Numbered from the stretch's first letter, positions 27,390 through 37,049 are shown. The stretch is 64,000 nucleotides of DNA from Candidatus Bathyarchaeota archaeon (GCA_963715865.1 OY970280.1:1952001-2016000), one strand, 5' to 3'. Program-made: numbers and translations. The notes: generated by a model not told the origin, from the sequence alone.

Positions 27390-28871
27390 ATGAAAGTGCT
27401 TCTCATCAATCCGCCTCAAACATTTTATCCAGGTTCAGAACAGCCCGCAGGCAATCTGCCTCTAGGCTTAATGTACATAGCGGCGGTGCTTGAAAGAGCA
27501 GGGTACAAAACGGAAATTTTAGACGCTTTTATGACTGATTACTCATTCCAGAAAAACGGCGAAACCATAAACGTTGGCATGCCGTTTGAACAGATAAAGC
27601 AGGAAATTTGCAGGCGAAAACCAGACATCGTTGGTATAGCAGGACCATTCACTTGCCAAATAGAAAATTCACTTAAAATAAGCAACTTAACCAAGCAAGT
27701 TGACCCAGGCATTTTAACAGTTGTAGGCGGTCCACACGTCACCACGGTGCCAAAAGGATTCCTTGAAGAGGCAAAAAACGTTGACATCGCTGTAACAGGC
27801 GAAGGCGAAAACACTATGCTTGACATAGCCCAGTATTTTGAAGGCAAAAAACAGTTAAGCGAAATTCTTGGCATCGCCTACCGCAAAAATGGAGAAGTCA
27901 CGTTAAATTCTCCAAGGCCTTTCATCAAAAACTTAGATGAGCTTCCCTACCCAGCCTACGACCTAGTGAATATGGAGCAGTACCTAAGCCCCAAAAAGAT
28001 AGGTTACCGCAGTTTCAGGAACAGGGCGATATCAATGATTACCAGCAGGGGTTGCCCCTTTAACTGCTGTTTCTGTTCGGTTCATTTGCATATGGGCAGG
28101 GAGTTTAGGGCGAACTCTGCAAGTAACGTGTTAAACCACATCCAATACGTTGTGGAAAAGTTTAATGTTAAGAACATTTTCTTTGAAGATGACAACTTAA
28201 CGCTTGATCTTGCAAGGTTCGAAGCTATCTGTGACGGTTTAATCGCGAAAAAAATCAGTATTGGTTGGGAAACACCAAACGGCGTCAGAGCAGACTGCTT
28301 AAATTTGAATCTGCTGAAAAAAATGAAAGAGTCGGGTTGCCAAAGCGTCTTTTTCGGAGTAGAATCAGGCGACCAACAAATCTTAGATAACGTGATCTGT
28401 AAAAGCCTTGACTTAAACCGTGTAGTGGAAGTTGCGAAAATCTGCAGAGACATCGGATTGAAAACTGGCGCATTCTACATTATTGGCTTTCCAGGCGAAA
28501 AGAAAGAGGACATGCAGAAAACCGTTGATTTTGCTTTAAGGCTCAAACGTGATTTTGATGTTGGCATGCACTTGTTCTTTGCAACGCCATCGTTTGGCAC
28601 AAGACTGTATGATGAGTGCAAGGCTAAAGGTTACATTCAGGAAAATTTGACTTGGAACTCTTTTGCTGAGGCTCGCCAGCCAAAAGGCATGCCGTTGATT
28701 TCGACTGAAGACTTCACCTCCGAAGAAGTGAAAGAGATAGCTGCTAAGGCGCTTCAGGAGTACAAGAAGTTATCCTTGCTAAATCACATCAAAAATCCGC
28801 GGAAAGCGTTGAAGACAGCGTTTGATCAGCCGCAACTCATTTTGAAATACGTCAAAAACTTGTTTAGGTAG
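27390..28871 (+). CDS. Cobalamin-binding radical SAM protein
   Basis: N-terminal B12-binding domain (PLGLMYIAA, VVGGPH), SRGCPFNCCFC, and FGVESG. Confidence 0.9.
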   Translation: MKVLLINPPQTFYPGSEQPAGNLPLGLMYIAAVLERAGYKTEILDAFMTDYSFQKNGETINVGMPFEQIKQEICRRKPDIVGIAGPFTCQIENSLKISNLTKQVDPGILTVVGGPHVTTVPKGFLEEAKNVDIAVTGEGENTMLDIAQYFEGKKQLSEILGIAYRKNGEVTLNSPRPFIKNLDELPYPAYDLVNMEQYLSPKKIGYRSFRNRAISMITSRGCPFNCCFCSVHLHMGREFRANSASNVLNHIQYVVEKFNVKNIFFEDDNLTLDLARFEAICDGLIAKKISIGWETPNGVRADCLNLNLLKKMKESGCQSVFFGVESGDQQILDNVICKSLDLNRVVEVAKICRDIGLKTGAFYIIGFPGEKKEDMQKTVDFALRLKRDFDVGMHLFFATPSFGTRLYDECKAKGYIQENLTWNSFAEARQPKGMPLISTEDFTSEEVKEIAAKALQEYKKLSLLNHIKNPRKALKTAFDQPQLILKYVKNLFR

Positions 28872-29018
28872 AAATTACCGTTATGTTTTGACGAAAGTCG
28901 AATCATTGTTATCACTAAGCTATCAAGCGTACAGGCGTAGAACAAGAGACACCAAGAGACCAGCAACACTAAAGCTTATATTGAAACATGAGACAAAATA
29001 TATGTTGTGATTTGCAGG

Positions 29019-29279
29019 ATGAACAGACATGAAGCAGTCACTTATTTAAAAGAAATCACTAATACTTGTACGAACATGTCGCCGAATGCTGTTGCTTTGT
29101 TTGATTCAAGACCAGATGACCCAGACTCAACGGGGTATCAAGTACACATTAAAACAATTCTAGATAATGAAACCAAACAGCGGTTACAAAACATTGCTGA
29201 AAAACACAGCTTAGCACTAAGAGAAGAAAATGGCAAAGTTGTTATCTATCAGCCTAAAGAAGTCACGAAAACAGCTTAA
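29019..29279 (+). CDS. Small hypothetical protein
   Basis: Protein-like 86 aa preceded by a TTATAT promoter-like box; no motif recognised. Confidence 0.6.
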   Translation: MNRHEAVTYLKEITNTCTNMSPNAVALFDSRPDDPDSTGYQVHIKTILDNETKQRLQNIAEKHSLALREENGKVVIYQPKEVTKTA

Positions 29280-29401
29280 TATGCTATTTTGAAGTTGGCA
29301 CCGCACTTATCACAAGTGTAAACTGCTATGCAAAAGAAATCGTTTTCTATCTTCCTATCTGGTTTGGTGAGGTTTTTTCCACAGTTTTGACAGCTAACCA
29401 T
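29276..29401 (-). CDS. Small zinc-ribbon protein, 41 aa (absent from ORF track)
   Basis: Hand translation MVSCQNCGKNLTKPDRKIENDFFCIAVYTCDKCGANFKIAY*; two CxxCG knuckles. Confidence 0.7.
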   Translation of the reverse strand: MVSCQNCGKNLTKPDRKIENDFFCIAVYTCDKCGANFKIAY

Positions 29402-29511
29402 AGGAGCACACTTGTGAGAGTTTGCTATAAATTAGCGGAAGCATTATAAGAATACTTGTTGTCTCGCTCAAACTACCACAACTATACCATTGATGGATTA
29501 CAAAGCAAAAA

Positions 29512-29528
29512 GGCGGGCCCGCTGGGAT
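29512..29528 (-). repeat. 17-bp exact copy of the tRNA-Arg 3' end (att-like site)
   Basis: GGCGGGCCCGCTGGGAT is identical to 33276-33292. Confidence 0.85.
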
Positions 29529-29653
29529 GCGCTTAATTATTTAAGCGAATCCTCACGCCATAATATTCCACTCACAAATCAGTTTGTCTCCACCCATCAA
29601 TTCGCATGATTTGAGCGTTCTTTTGGATTAACTTTTCTATGCAGCATATTTTC

Positions 29654-29818
29654 TTACTTCATCTGTAGTTTATCTTTGAGACTGGGATGCATTTTCACCC
29701 GCGAGGTTTGCTTGCCACAGCAAGTCCACCTGAACGTTTCTCTGCGGCAACTTTGGCAGAAGCGTTTGTGGTCTGCGAACTCTGGATTCTTCAAATCTTT
29801 CTCGGCGAACTTACTCAT
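29654..29818 (-). CDS. Small Cys-containing protein, 54 aa (absent from ORF track)
   Basis: MSKFAEKDLKNPEFADHKRFCQSCRRETFRWTCCGKQTSRVKMHPSLKDKLQMK*; GGTGA SD; start overlaps the stop of the upstream gene. Confidence 0.6.
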   Translation of the reverse strand: MSKFAEKDLKNPEFADHKRFCQSCRRETFRWTCCGKQTSRVKMHPSLKDKLQMK

Positions 29819-30314
29819 GTACTTCACCTATCAGCCTGTGTTTTTTCAGGGTACGTTTTTTTCTATTGTTTTCACTTTGTGTTTTTCTTCGGAGCCAAAT
29901 GCCTTCACTCAGGAACAGCACCATGGCAATGGCGGTTGGAGCCATCAAGTAAAACAGGTAGAGACTGGGTGTTTGGCCTTTTTGGAAAAAGGGGATGGCA
30001 ATGGCTATGGCTTCTACGCATAGAATACCGATAAAGAAAAAGGAGTAGAAGATTAGGCGGGGCACAAGGGTTTTCCCAATCCAGAGGTGCCCGCTGATAT
30101 TTACTTTTTCTTTGATAAAGTATTCGCCGTATTGGTTTTTTGTTATTAAGCCGAATGATTCGAGTTTTTGCAGATGCCAGTAGGCCACACTTGGGCTGCT
30201 AAGGTTGGCTAGTCGCATGGTTTCTCGGGGACCCAAGGACTTACCTTCTTTAACCATGCAGGCGTAGACGTTTAGGGTTTTGCCTTCAAGTTCTTCTGTG
30301 TTAAGGTTTGTCAC
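29811..30314 (-). CDS. Membrane-anchored winged-helix protein
   Basis: LGPRETMRLANLSSPSVAYWHLQKLESFGLI HTH and wing, then two TM helices. Confidence 0.7.
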   Translation of the reverse strand: MTNLNTEELEGKTLNVYACMVKEGKSLGPRETMRLANLSSPSVAYWHLQKLESFGLITKNQYGEYFIKEKVNISGHLWIGKTLVPRLIFYSFFFIGILCVEAIAIAIPFFQKGQTPSLYLFYLMAPTAIAMVLFLSEGIWLRRKTQSENNRKKRTLKKHRLIGEVHE

Positions 30315-30452
30315 TTTAATTCCCTTCCGATCAGTTTCCTAAGAGAGTCAATCCCAAAAAATGGGGTGTAGAGGTTAACCCTCTATTTTGCCGAATACGC
30401 CGCTGTTTCCTGCTCTTTGCAGTTCCACAGTGTTTAGCTGGGTTTATGTTGG

Positions 30453-31766
30453 TCACGGCCTTGAAGTCGGCGCTACAGTTACTTCTATGCTTGAATTGCC
30501 CAGTTGGAACGTTTGATTATCAGCCAAGATTGCATTATACACATATCCGTTTTGAGTTTCAACCAGTTGTAGTTGAGTTACTTGGGTGGCAGTTGAGACG
30601 GTATTGAAGTAGGTTCCGTTAACTGGCTGGTTGTTGATGTAGTTTGAGACAGAAGAGTACAGTGTAATGTTTCCTGATTCGAGCGCAGCTAGGCCCGCGG
30701 TTGGTGCTGCCCCTGCAGGGTCTATTATGAACATTTCCGTGTTGTTGAACATGATCAGCCTTGACTCATGTGGTGCCCAAGTGTTGTTGAATCCCTTTTG
30801 GTTCCAATCCCATGGGAGCCAGCTATATCCTCGTCCAACATCCCAATCGCCCCATGTCGGCAATGTCGTTATGGCGCCTAGGCTTGAATTCATGTTTTCG
30901 TATGGTTGTGCTCCCACTGTTAAGACATCGTTTACCAGCGGGTTTGATATAGTTGTCATTGGCTGTGTGTTGTCGACTTTTACTTTGCCCGTCACGTCAA
31001 CCCATGCCCCGTTAATGTACATCTCGGTTATCAAGGGGTTTCCGTTTTGGTCGTAGTATTCTGTGATGGGTACGCCTCCAAACGAGATGCCTGTGTCGCT
31101 TGCATTTTCTGGCAGAGCTGGAACTGTGCCGTTGATTGTGTGGTCTGCACTGTAGGCGCGGATGTTGTCTGGGGTGAGGGGTCCGCCCATGATGCCTCCG
31201 TGATAATTGGCTTCGGTAAATAAGTACAAGCATTCTGGGTAAGGTACAAGAGTCGATGTGCCGTTATTGTCTGTGTAGGTGTTTGGCATCCAAGTGGCGT
31301 TTACCCATTTGTTGTTGAGGTAAACTCCGGAAACTATGCCTCCGAAGTACCAGTATGGGAAAGCGCTGGATGTACTGTTGTTTCCGTAGATATAGATTGT
31401 GCCGCCTAGAATTGAAGACTGCTGAACGTTGATGCCCTGAGCGGCTGCGAAGGAAAATTCGTAGACTGTGGCGGGTTGGTTTGAGAGGTTTGTAACGTTG
31501 AGGACGACGTTGTATGTAATGTTGATTGCTTGGTAGGTGTCAACTGAAGGGTTGCCTGAGAAATCGTAATCTGTTCTGGTGTATTGCCAGTTGACGGGAG
31601 TGAAGTTGGCGTAGACGACGTTGACGCTGAAATCGGCTTTAGGACCCTCCGGCACTTGCGGAAAGGGCTGAACATTGGTCGGCGCTATTAAAAGCGGCGC
31701 AGCAAAAACCGTTCCAACCAACAAGGCTAGAGCGGCAACTGCAATGAGTTTAAATTTGAACTCCAT
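30453..31766 (-). CDS. Secreted or surface hypothetical protein
   Basis: Signal peptide; N/T/G/Y-rich, many N-x-S/T sequons. Confidence 0.7.
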   Translation of the reverse strand: MEFKFKLIAVAALALLVGTVFAAPLLIAPTNVQPFPQVPEGPKADFSVNVVYANFTPVNWQYTRTDYDFSGNPSVDTYQAINITYNVVLNVTNLSNQPATVYEFSFAAAQGINVQQSSILGGTIYIYGNNSTSSAFPYWYFGGIVSGVYLNNKWVNATWMPNTYTDNNGTSTLVPYPECLYLFTEANYHGGIMGGPLTPDNIRAYSADHTINGTVPALPENASDTGISFGGVPITEYYDQNGNPLITEMYINGAWVDVTGKVKVDNTQPMTTISNPLVNDVLTVGAQPYENMNSSLGAITTLPTWGDWDVGRGYSWLPWDWNQKGFNNTWAPHESRLIMFNNTEMFIIDPAGAAPTAGLAALESGNITLYSSVSNYINNQPVNGTYFNTVSTATQVTQLQLVETQNGYVYNAILADNQTFQLGNSSIEVTVAPTSRP

Positions 31767-32118
31767 TTGATTTCACCATGAAGCGATATGCTAAGTGCGC
31801 CTATTAGCTCTGGTTATAGAACGCTTTGTTCTAAGGCTAGAACAGCTATAGAAGTAGCTTTTACAGCTACAAACTGAAGTGTTACTAAAGATGTAAGGAA
31901 AATGATGACAAACATTAAGCTAAATTCTTGCCTCTGTTACCCATAATTTACTCTAAGAGATGGTTGACAATAAAAGACTTGTCACAGCGGGTTCTTGACA
32001 AGCATCTTTGTAGATAAGGTAGGCACACACCTACTTTGGAAAAAGTCTATCGAGTTCAAGTTATTGGTTTTTCGATGCTCTATAAAGTACAAGAAAGGCG
32101 ATGATTTGACTTAAGTTG

Positions 32119-32538
32119 TTAATTCTTTGCCAGCTTAACGTTCTCTGCTTGAAAATAATAAATGTCCGTCTGTGTTCCGGTATACGGGAAAGTCCATTTT
32201 TCCTCTTTGAGAATGCCGTGTACGATTGCATTAGTAGCATTATACTGCGGTATCAGGACAGTATTTGAGTTCCAATCTACATCAATAGCAATTGTTTGGT
32301 TGTTATCGGACAGTTCATACCGTGTAGGATTGGGAGCAGGTACGTTTGAGAGAAGACCAGTAACAGTAACACTCTTAGACAAATATGAAGCTGGTTTTTG
32401 AGCTATTGTCTGTACTGGAATTGGATTTTGGTTTTGGCCATTATTACTTTGGTTAATTATTACCCAGAGGCCCAAAGTACCAACAATAGACAGGATGAGT
32501 ATTGCAGATGCCAACATGATTGCTTTGGAGTGTTTCAT
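32119..32538 (-). CDS. Membrane-anchored hypothetical protein (OB-fold-like)
   Basis: N-terminal TM helix; YLSKSVTVTGLL...YELSD...AIVHGIL pattern. Confidence 0.6.
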   Translation of the reverse strand: MKHSKAIMLASAILILSIVGTLGLWVIINQSNNGQNQNPIPVQTIAQKPASYLSKSVTVTGLLSNVPAPNPTRYELSDNNQTIAIDVDWNSNTVLIPQYNATNAIVHGILKEEKWTFPYTGTQTDIYYFQAENVKLAKN

Positions 32539-32678
32539 ATTCTATACAGATAAGCCCATAGCAACTTAACTTTTTAAACTATCTTTTAGAACAGATGCTT
32601 TTCTTATAGGTAGGGTATGCATATGCTAGGGAAAAGGTCTACCAATTATTTGCCTTTGTTTTTGCGATCGCCCACTTT

Positions 32679-33062
32679 TTATGAAGTGGGCTTTACCGTC
32701 ACGATGGCGTAATCAAATTTAGCTTGAGTAATAGTGAATGTCATACCTTGGCAGTTTTGTGAAAGGCCAATAGTTAACGGAAAACTGGTTGCTGTTTGCA
32801 GGTCTGTTCTCTGTATGGTAAGGTTGCCGTTATAAGTTTGACCATTATCGGTAAAGGTTGGAACATACTCAAAGATGTATTTGTGGTTCCCAACTTGCTG
32901 GTAAACTTGTCCTCTATAAGTTGAATGGTCACTATTAATGCTTAATTGATTGATTTTGATTTGAAGAGGGTAAATTATGAAACCATCAGTTAAGAAGTAG
33001 GCTAATGATAAACCTATAATTACCACCAAAACAAGCCCTGTAGCCAAAGATTTTCTTGACAT
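32679..33062 (-). CDS. Membrane-anchored hypothetical protein
   Basis: N-terminal TM helix and beta-rich body. Confidence 0.6.
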   Translation of the reverse strand: MSRKSLATGLVLVVIIGLSLAYFLTDGFIIYPLQIKINQLSINSDHSTYRGQVYQQVGNHKYIFEYVPTFTDNGQTYNGNLTIQRTDLQTATSFPLTIGLSQNCQGMTFTITQAKFDYAIVTVKPTS

Positions 33063-33274
33063 TTAACTATCGAACTCTCTTTTTATTGTATTCCTTTTAA
33101 GTCTTTAGTTTGAGCATTACTTTGCAAGCTATTGTTTTTCGATGTAAGCAGACGAGTCAAACAACACTCGCTATATGGATCGAAGCCCGAAGACAACTAA
33201 ATCAATTCAACAGCTTTGACCCGATAAGTAAGTGACCTCCACTTATCTTAAAAAGTACATATTCGCACGGGGGA

Positions 33275-33375
33275 TGGCGGGCCCGCTGGGATTTGAACCC
33301 AGGATTTTCGGCTAACTCCCACTTTTATGAAGCGTCCGGAGGCCGACGCCTTAATCCGTACTAGACTACGGGCCC
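33275..33375 (-). tRNA. tRNA-Arg(CCG) with a 22-nt canonical (37/38) intron and encoded CCA
   Basis: GGGCCCG acceptor, TCGGC-CT-CCG-G/intron/A-GCCGA, T arm GGTTCAAATCC. BHB motif: CUCC:GGAG central helix, CGCUU:AAGUG outer helix. Confidence 0.93.
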
Positions 33376-33420
33376 ACAGTTTACAAACCAAATATGCCAG
33401 TTAATTTAAAGCTAACCTTG

Positions 33421-33921
33421 TTATTCTTGGATTAATTCTTCGTCTATCCACCAAGCTTTTTTCTTGCCAGACCGTTCTCCAGCATAATATTCGATTATGG
33501 GTTTTCCAACTTGTTTTTTGGATGTTTTCTGGATTTTTCTAAGCCTGTTAAGTATGAGCCACCTGTTGGTTTTAACGTAAGCCGCCAATTCAGGCGTAGT
33601 TGCGCTTTTGTAATGAAGTAGGTACTCCATTATTTTATGGTCCAATTCATCGATGCAGAAAGAGTGCGGGTTAATCTTACCGTGCTGAAACGTGAGCAGC
33701 TCCAAATCGGCGAGGTATTTTCTGATCTGACCGAACTCCTGCTCAATTTTGCCCATTCTCTCTTCCAAGGCTAAAAGTTTATCTGCTTTAGGCGTTTTCT
33801 GCAGTTTCTCGCTTATGGCTTCCCTGATAAAGTTGCTTCTATCACCTTCAGGAATGCGTAGCGCCATTTCTTGGTAGACTTCTTCAGGTATTTTCACTGA
33901 AATTATTCTAACTTCACTCAA
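33421..33921 (-). CDS. RHH-coiled coil-wHTH regulator
   Basis: IISVKIPEEVY...RSNFIREAI RHH; C-terminal ATTPELA HTH. Confidence 0.7.
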   Translation of the reverse strand: MSEVRIISVKIPEEVYQEMALRIPEGDRSNFIREAISEKLQKTPKADKLLALEERMGKIEQEFGQIRKYLADLELLTFQHGKINPHSFCIDELDHKIMEYLLHYKSATTPELAAYVKTNRWLILNRLRKIQKTSKKQVGKPIIEYYAGERSGKKKAWWIDEELIQE

Positions 33922-34029
33922 TGCAGGCTCCTCCGCAACGTCATATTTACCTTTGTCTATTTCATTTTTTCCATAAACTAAAACCTGAATTTATGAAAAA
34001 CTTAAAAAGCATTGCTTCCCTCGGTTTAA

Positions 34030-34470
34030 ATGGGGTTGTGTGTGGCGAAAAAAGGCACGATCTCTTTAATTAAATGTGATGTCGGCTCTTTGGCTGGGCA
34101 TCATGTTGTTCCCAAACCTCTTTGGGACATAGCTGAAAAAAACCTGAGAAAAGCCGTGAACGAAGGCATAATAAACAACTTTTTTGTTTTCAATGCTGGC
34201 GATGACCTTGAATTGCTTATGGCCCATGAAAACGGCGAGCAAAACAGGGACGTTCACAAACTTGCTTGGGATACGTTCAAGGAAGCCGCTGATAAAGCCT
34301 TTCAGTTGAAACTCTACGCTGCAGGTCAAGACCTTCTGAAAGACGCGTTCAGCGGCAACGTCCGTGGAATGGGCCCCGGCGTAGCAGAAATGGAAATTGA
34401 AGAAACGCTTTATACCGCTAGATCAAAGCTAAAAACTACTCAGTGTAAACTGGTTGACCTGCCAATTTAG
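34030..34470 (+). pseudogene. fbp: Truncated fructose-1,6-bisphosphate aldolase/phosphatase (N-terminal ~125 aa only)
   Basis: IKCDVGSLAGHH, GDDLELLM and LYAAGQDLLKDAFSGNVRGMGPGVAEME; similarity stops at ~34405, whereas the family is ~360-380 aa. Confidence 0.88.
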
Positions 34471-34999
34471 CTAACGCTATATACCGTTGCTCAACAATTT
34501 CATGCAATTGCCTGCGCAGGTCCTCTCCAACCACATTTCTTTGTTTTAGCAATGCAACTTTTTTAGCCAATTCCACGTCGCCTAATCCATTAAACCACGC
34601 TTCAAAATCACCGCGTTTTGCATGGAATTCTATTGATGCAATGTCGGCTCTTTCGAGTTTGTTTGCGAAGTCGCGAAGGTTATGGGCGTGCAGGTTTAGT
34701 GGTTTCTCCACATCGGCGTAGAAGTGGAATTCTTTATCATGCGGCGCGTAGGTTAATATTGCTGCGGCTTTTTCTTTGCTGGTTTCCGGTATGCCGAGGG
34801 CTTCTTTTCCTTTCTCAGTTATAACGTATTGTCCTTTTTCAGGTAAGCTTACGTATCCCATGCGAACGAGCCATAAGAGGTGCATCATGACTGGCTTGAA
34901 CTCTTTTTTGGTTTCCTTGGCGATTTCCATGGCTTTCAATGGTTTTTCGTGTAGTAGTGTGGTTTCTAGTATTTCTTGTTTGATAGGTGATAAACTCAT
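34436..34999 (-). CDS. wHTH plus DUF5752-like domain protein
   Basis: N-terminal wHTH; C-terminal FHFY...NLRDF..KL...SIEFHAKRGDFEAWF. Confidence 0.7.
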   Translation of the reverse strand: MSLSPIKQEILETTLLHEKPLKAMEIAKETKKEFKPVMMHLLWLVRMGYVSLPEKGQYVITEKGKEALGIPETSKEKAAAILTYAPHDKEFHFYADVEKPLNLHAHNLRDFANKLERADIASIEFHAKRGDFEAWFNGLGDVELAKKVALLKQRNVVGEDLRRQLHEIVEQRYIALAKLAGQPVYTE

Positions 35000-35165
35000 T
35001 TGCTGGCACCTTGCCTGTTAGTGCTATGTAGAACAGTCTAATCAAACTTTTCCTTTACTTATGTTGTGACAAATGTTTTTTGGGGTTTCAGGTTGCTCGC
35101 GCAGAGAAGCAAAGCTTTAGTATGAGGTTCCTTATGCTAAGATGATAAAATGGTGACTGTTTAGG

Positions 35166-36416
35166 ATGAAAATTGCTGTTTTTGTTTATGAGTATCCGCC
35201 TAAAATTGTTGGTGGATTGGGAACTTACGCCGCCGAGATAACACGAAAGTTTGTTTTGGACGATCACGATGTAACGGTTTTTACTATGAATGATGATGCT
35301 GGTTCGTTGCCAACTAGGGAAATTTGGCGTGGAATTGAGATTCATCGTCCATTGCACATCGACATTTCAGATTCACTCCCTGACGTGATCGCGGATGATA
35401 TTAAGAAGTGGGGCAGGGGGTTGCATTTGTTCGGTAAACTTATGGTTTATAATTATTTATCTGCGGCTAAACTCATCAACGAGTTGATTAAGAAAGAAGG
35501 CATGAAATACGACATTGTGGTTGCCCATGATTGGCTTTCAGCAATGGGCGGAATCACAGTTAAAAGAGAAACCGGTTTGCCCTTAGCTTTCCATGTTCAC
35601 TCAACCGAGAAAGGACGAACCTTAGGGAACGGCTCAAGCGTAGTTAGCAACATAGAATTGCGCGCAGGCAAAATGGCTGATATGATTGTAACAGTATCTT
35701 ACGCTATGAAGGATGAGCTTATACAGCTCGGTTTTCCCAAAGACAAGATTCAAGTAAGCTACAACGGTGTTGACCCACAAAAATACAATCCAGCGAACGT
35801 ATCTTCTGAGGAGATTAAGCGAATCAGGGGAAAATATGGCATCAAAGATAATGAACTGATGATTCTTTTCCTTGGTAGGCTCGTAGGCGTCAAAGGCGTT
35901 GATAAACTCATAATGGCGATGCCGCATATTCTAACAAAGATTCCTAACGCAAAACTTGTAGTTGTAGGTGTAGGCGACCTTCAAGAATACTTAGCAAACC
36001 TGAATAGAACCATGCGTTTAGATGAGTATATTAAATTCTGTTTTGACTTCATTCCAGAGGAAGAACGAATTTTACATTATGCTGCATGCGACATAGCAGT
36101 TTTCCCCAGCCACTATGAACCATTTGGTATTGTTGCTCTTGAAGCGATGAGCATGGAGAAGGCAGTTGTGGTTGGCGCTTCTGGTGTTAGTGGAATGCGT
36201 GAAATAGTAATTTGCTGCGGTGAAGAACAATGCGGTTACCACGTAGATCCAAATAACCCGTCTGACATTGCATGGGGAGTAATCAGCGCTTTAGAAGACC
36301 CAGAAAGGCGCAAGGTGCTTGGCAAAAATGGCAGGAAACGTGTTCTAGCCGAGTTCACTTGGAGCAGAATCGCCAAGAAAACCGTAGAGCTTTACGAAAC
36401 AATAGTAAAACGCTGA
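35166..36416 (+). CDS. GT4 glycosyltransferase (glycogen synthase-like)
   Basis: EYPPKIVGGLG, AHDWLS, FHVHSTE and YEPFGIVALEAM motifs. Confidence 0.9.
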   Translation: MKIAVFVYEYPPKIVGGLGTYAAEITRKFVLDDHDVTVFTMNDDAGSLPTREIWRGIEIHRPLHIDISDSLPDVIADDIKKWGRGLHLFGKLMVYNYLSAAKLINELIKKEGMKYDIVVAHDWLSAMGGITVKRETGLPLAFHVHSTEKGRTLGNGSSVVSNIELRAGKMADMIVTVSYAMKDELIQLGFPKDKIQVSYNGVDPQKYNPANVSSEEIKRIRGKYGIKDNELMILFLGRLVGVKGVDKLIMAMPHILTKIPNAKLVVVGVGDLQEYLANLNRTMRLDEYIKFCFDFIPEEERILHYAACDIAVFPSHYEPFGIVALEAMSMEKAVVVGASGVSGMREIVICCGEEQCGYHVDPNNPSDIAWGVISALEDPERRKVLGKNGRKRVLAEFTWSRIAKKTVELYETIVKR

Positions 36417-36425
36417 GAACAGCGC

Positions 36426-37049
36426 TTGGTAATAATGACTGTTGACTTTGACTTAAAGTGCAGAGTCGCAAGAGAAGCCGCCACTTTACTTTATTTTGGA
36501 GCTGAAAAAGAATACAAACAAGCTAAAGAAAAAGCTGCAAAAACTTTGGGCGCTCACTTTTTGCCTTCTAACCTTGAAGTTGCTCTTGAACTGGATAAAA
36601 TAGCTGAAGAAAACGAAGGCACAAAAAGAAAAGAGCGCCTAATTCAAATGCGAAAGGAAGCCCTAAAGATAATGAAGCTTCTTGATGCTTATTGTCCTGT
36701 TTTAATTGGGAGCGTTTGGCGGGGAACGATAAGGCAGGGAAGCGATATTGACATTGCCGTTTATACGGACGTGCCAGAAGAAATCGTAAAAATCCTCAAG
36801 GCTGAGAGGGTAAAGATTTCAAAAGCGGCTTGGACAACCGTAAACAAGCGTGGAATAACTTTGGCTTCATTTCACATTTACGCTGAAACTTCGGCTAAAC
36901 ATGGACTCGAGATTGTTGCTCGAAGCTCTGAGGAAGCAGGGAAAAAGAGAAAATGCGAAATTTTCGGTGACGAAATCAAAGGTTTAAAGGTTCAGGAACT
37001 CGAAAAAATTCTTAAAACTAACCCAACCCAACAGTTCCTCCCAGCATAA
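36426..37049 (+). CDS. Nucleotidyltransferase-domain protein (Pol beta-like)
   Basis: LIGSVWRG...SDIDIAV motif. Confidence 0.8.
   Translation: MVIMTVDFDLKCRVAREAATLLYFGAEKEYKQAKEKAAKTLGAHFLPSNLEVALELDKIAEENEGTKRKERLIQMRKEALKIMKLLDAYCPVLIGSVWRGTIRQGSDIDIAVYTDVPEEIVKILKAERVKISKAAWTTVNKRGITLASFHIYAETSAKHGLEIVARSSEEAGKKRKCEIFGDEIKGLKVQELEKILKTNPTQQFLPA

Larger units (their letters stand above)
29512..33292. mobile_element. tRNA-Arg-anchored genomic islet without integrase
   Basis: Bounded by 17-bp direct repeats of the tRNA 3' end; contains only hypothetical membrane, secreted or wHTH genes. Confidence 0.6.

Noticed and set aside
36426-37049. Nucleotidyltransferase as a TA antitoxin or CBASS-like enzyme
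   Set aside because: No adjacent HEPN or effector gene; housekeeping context.
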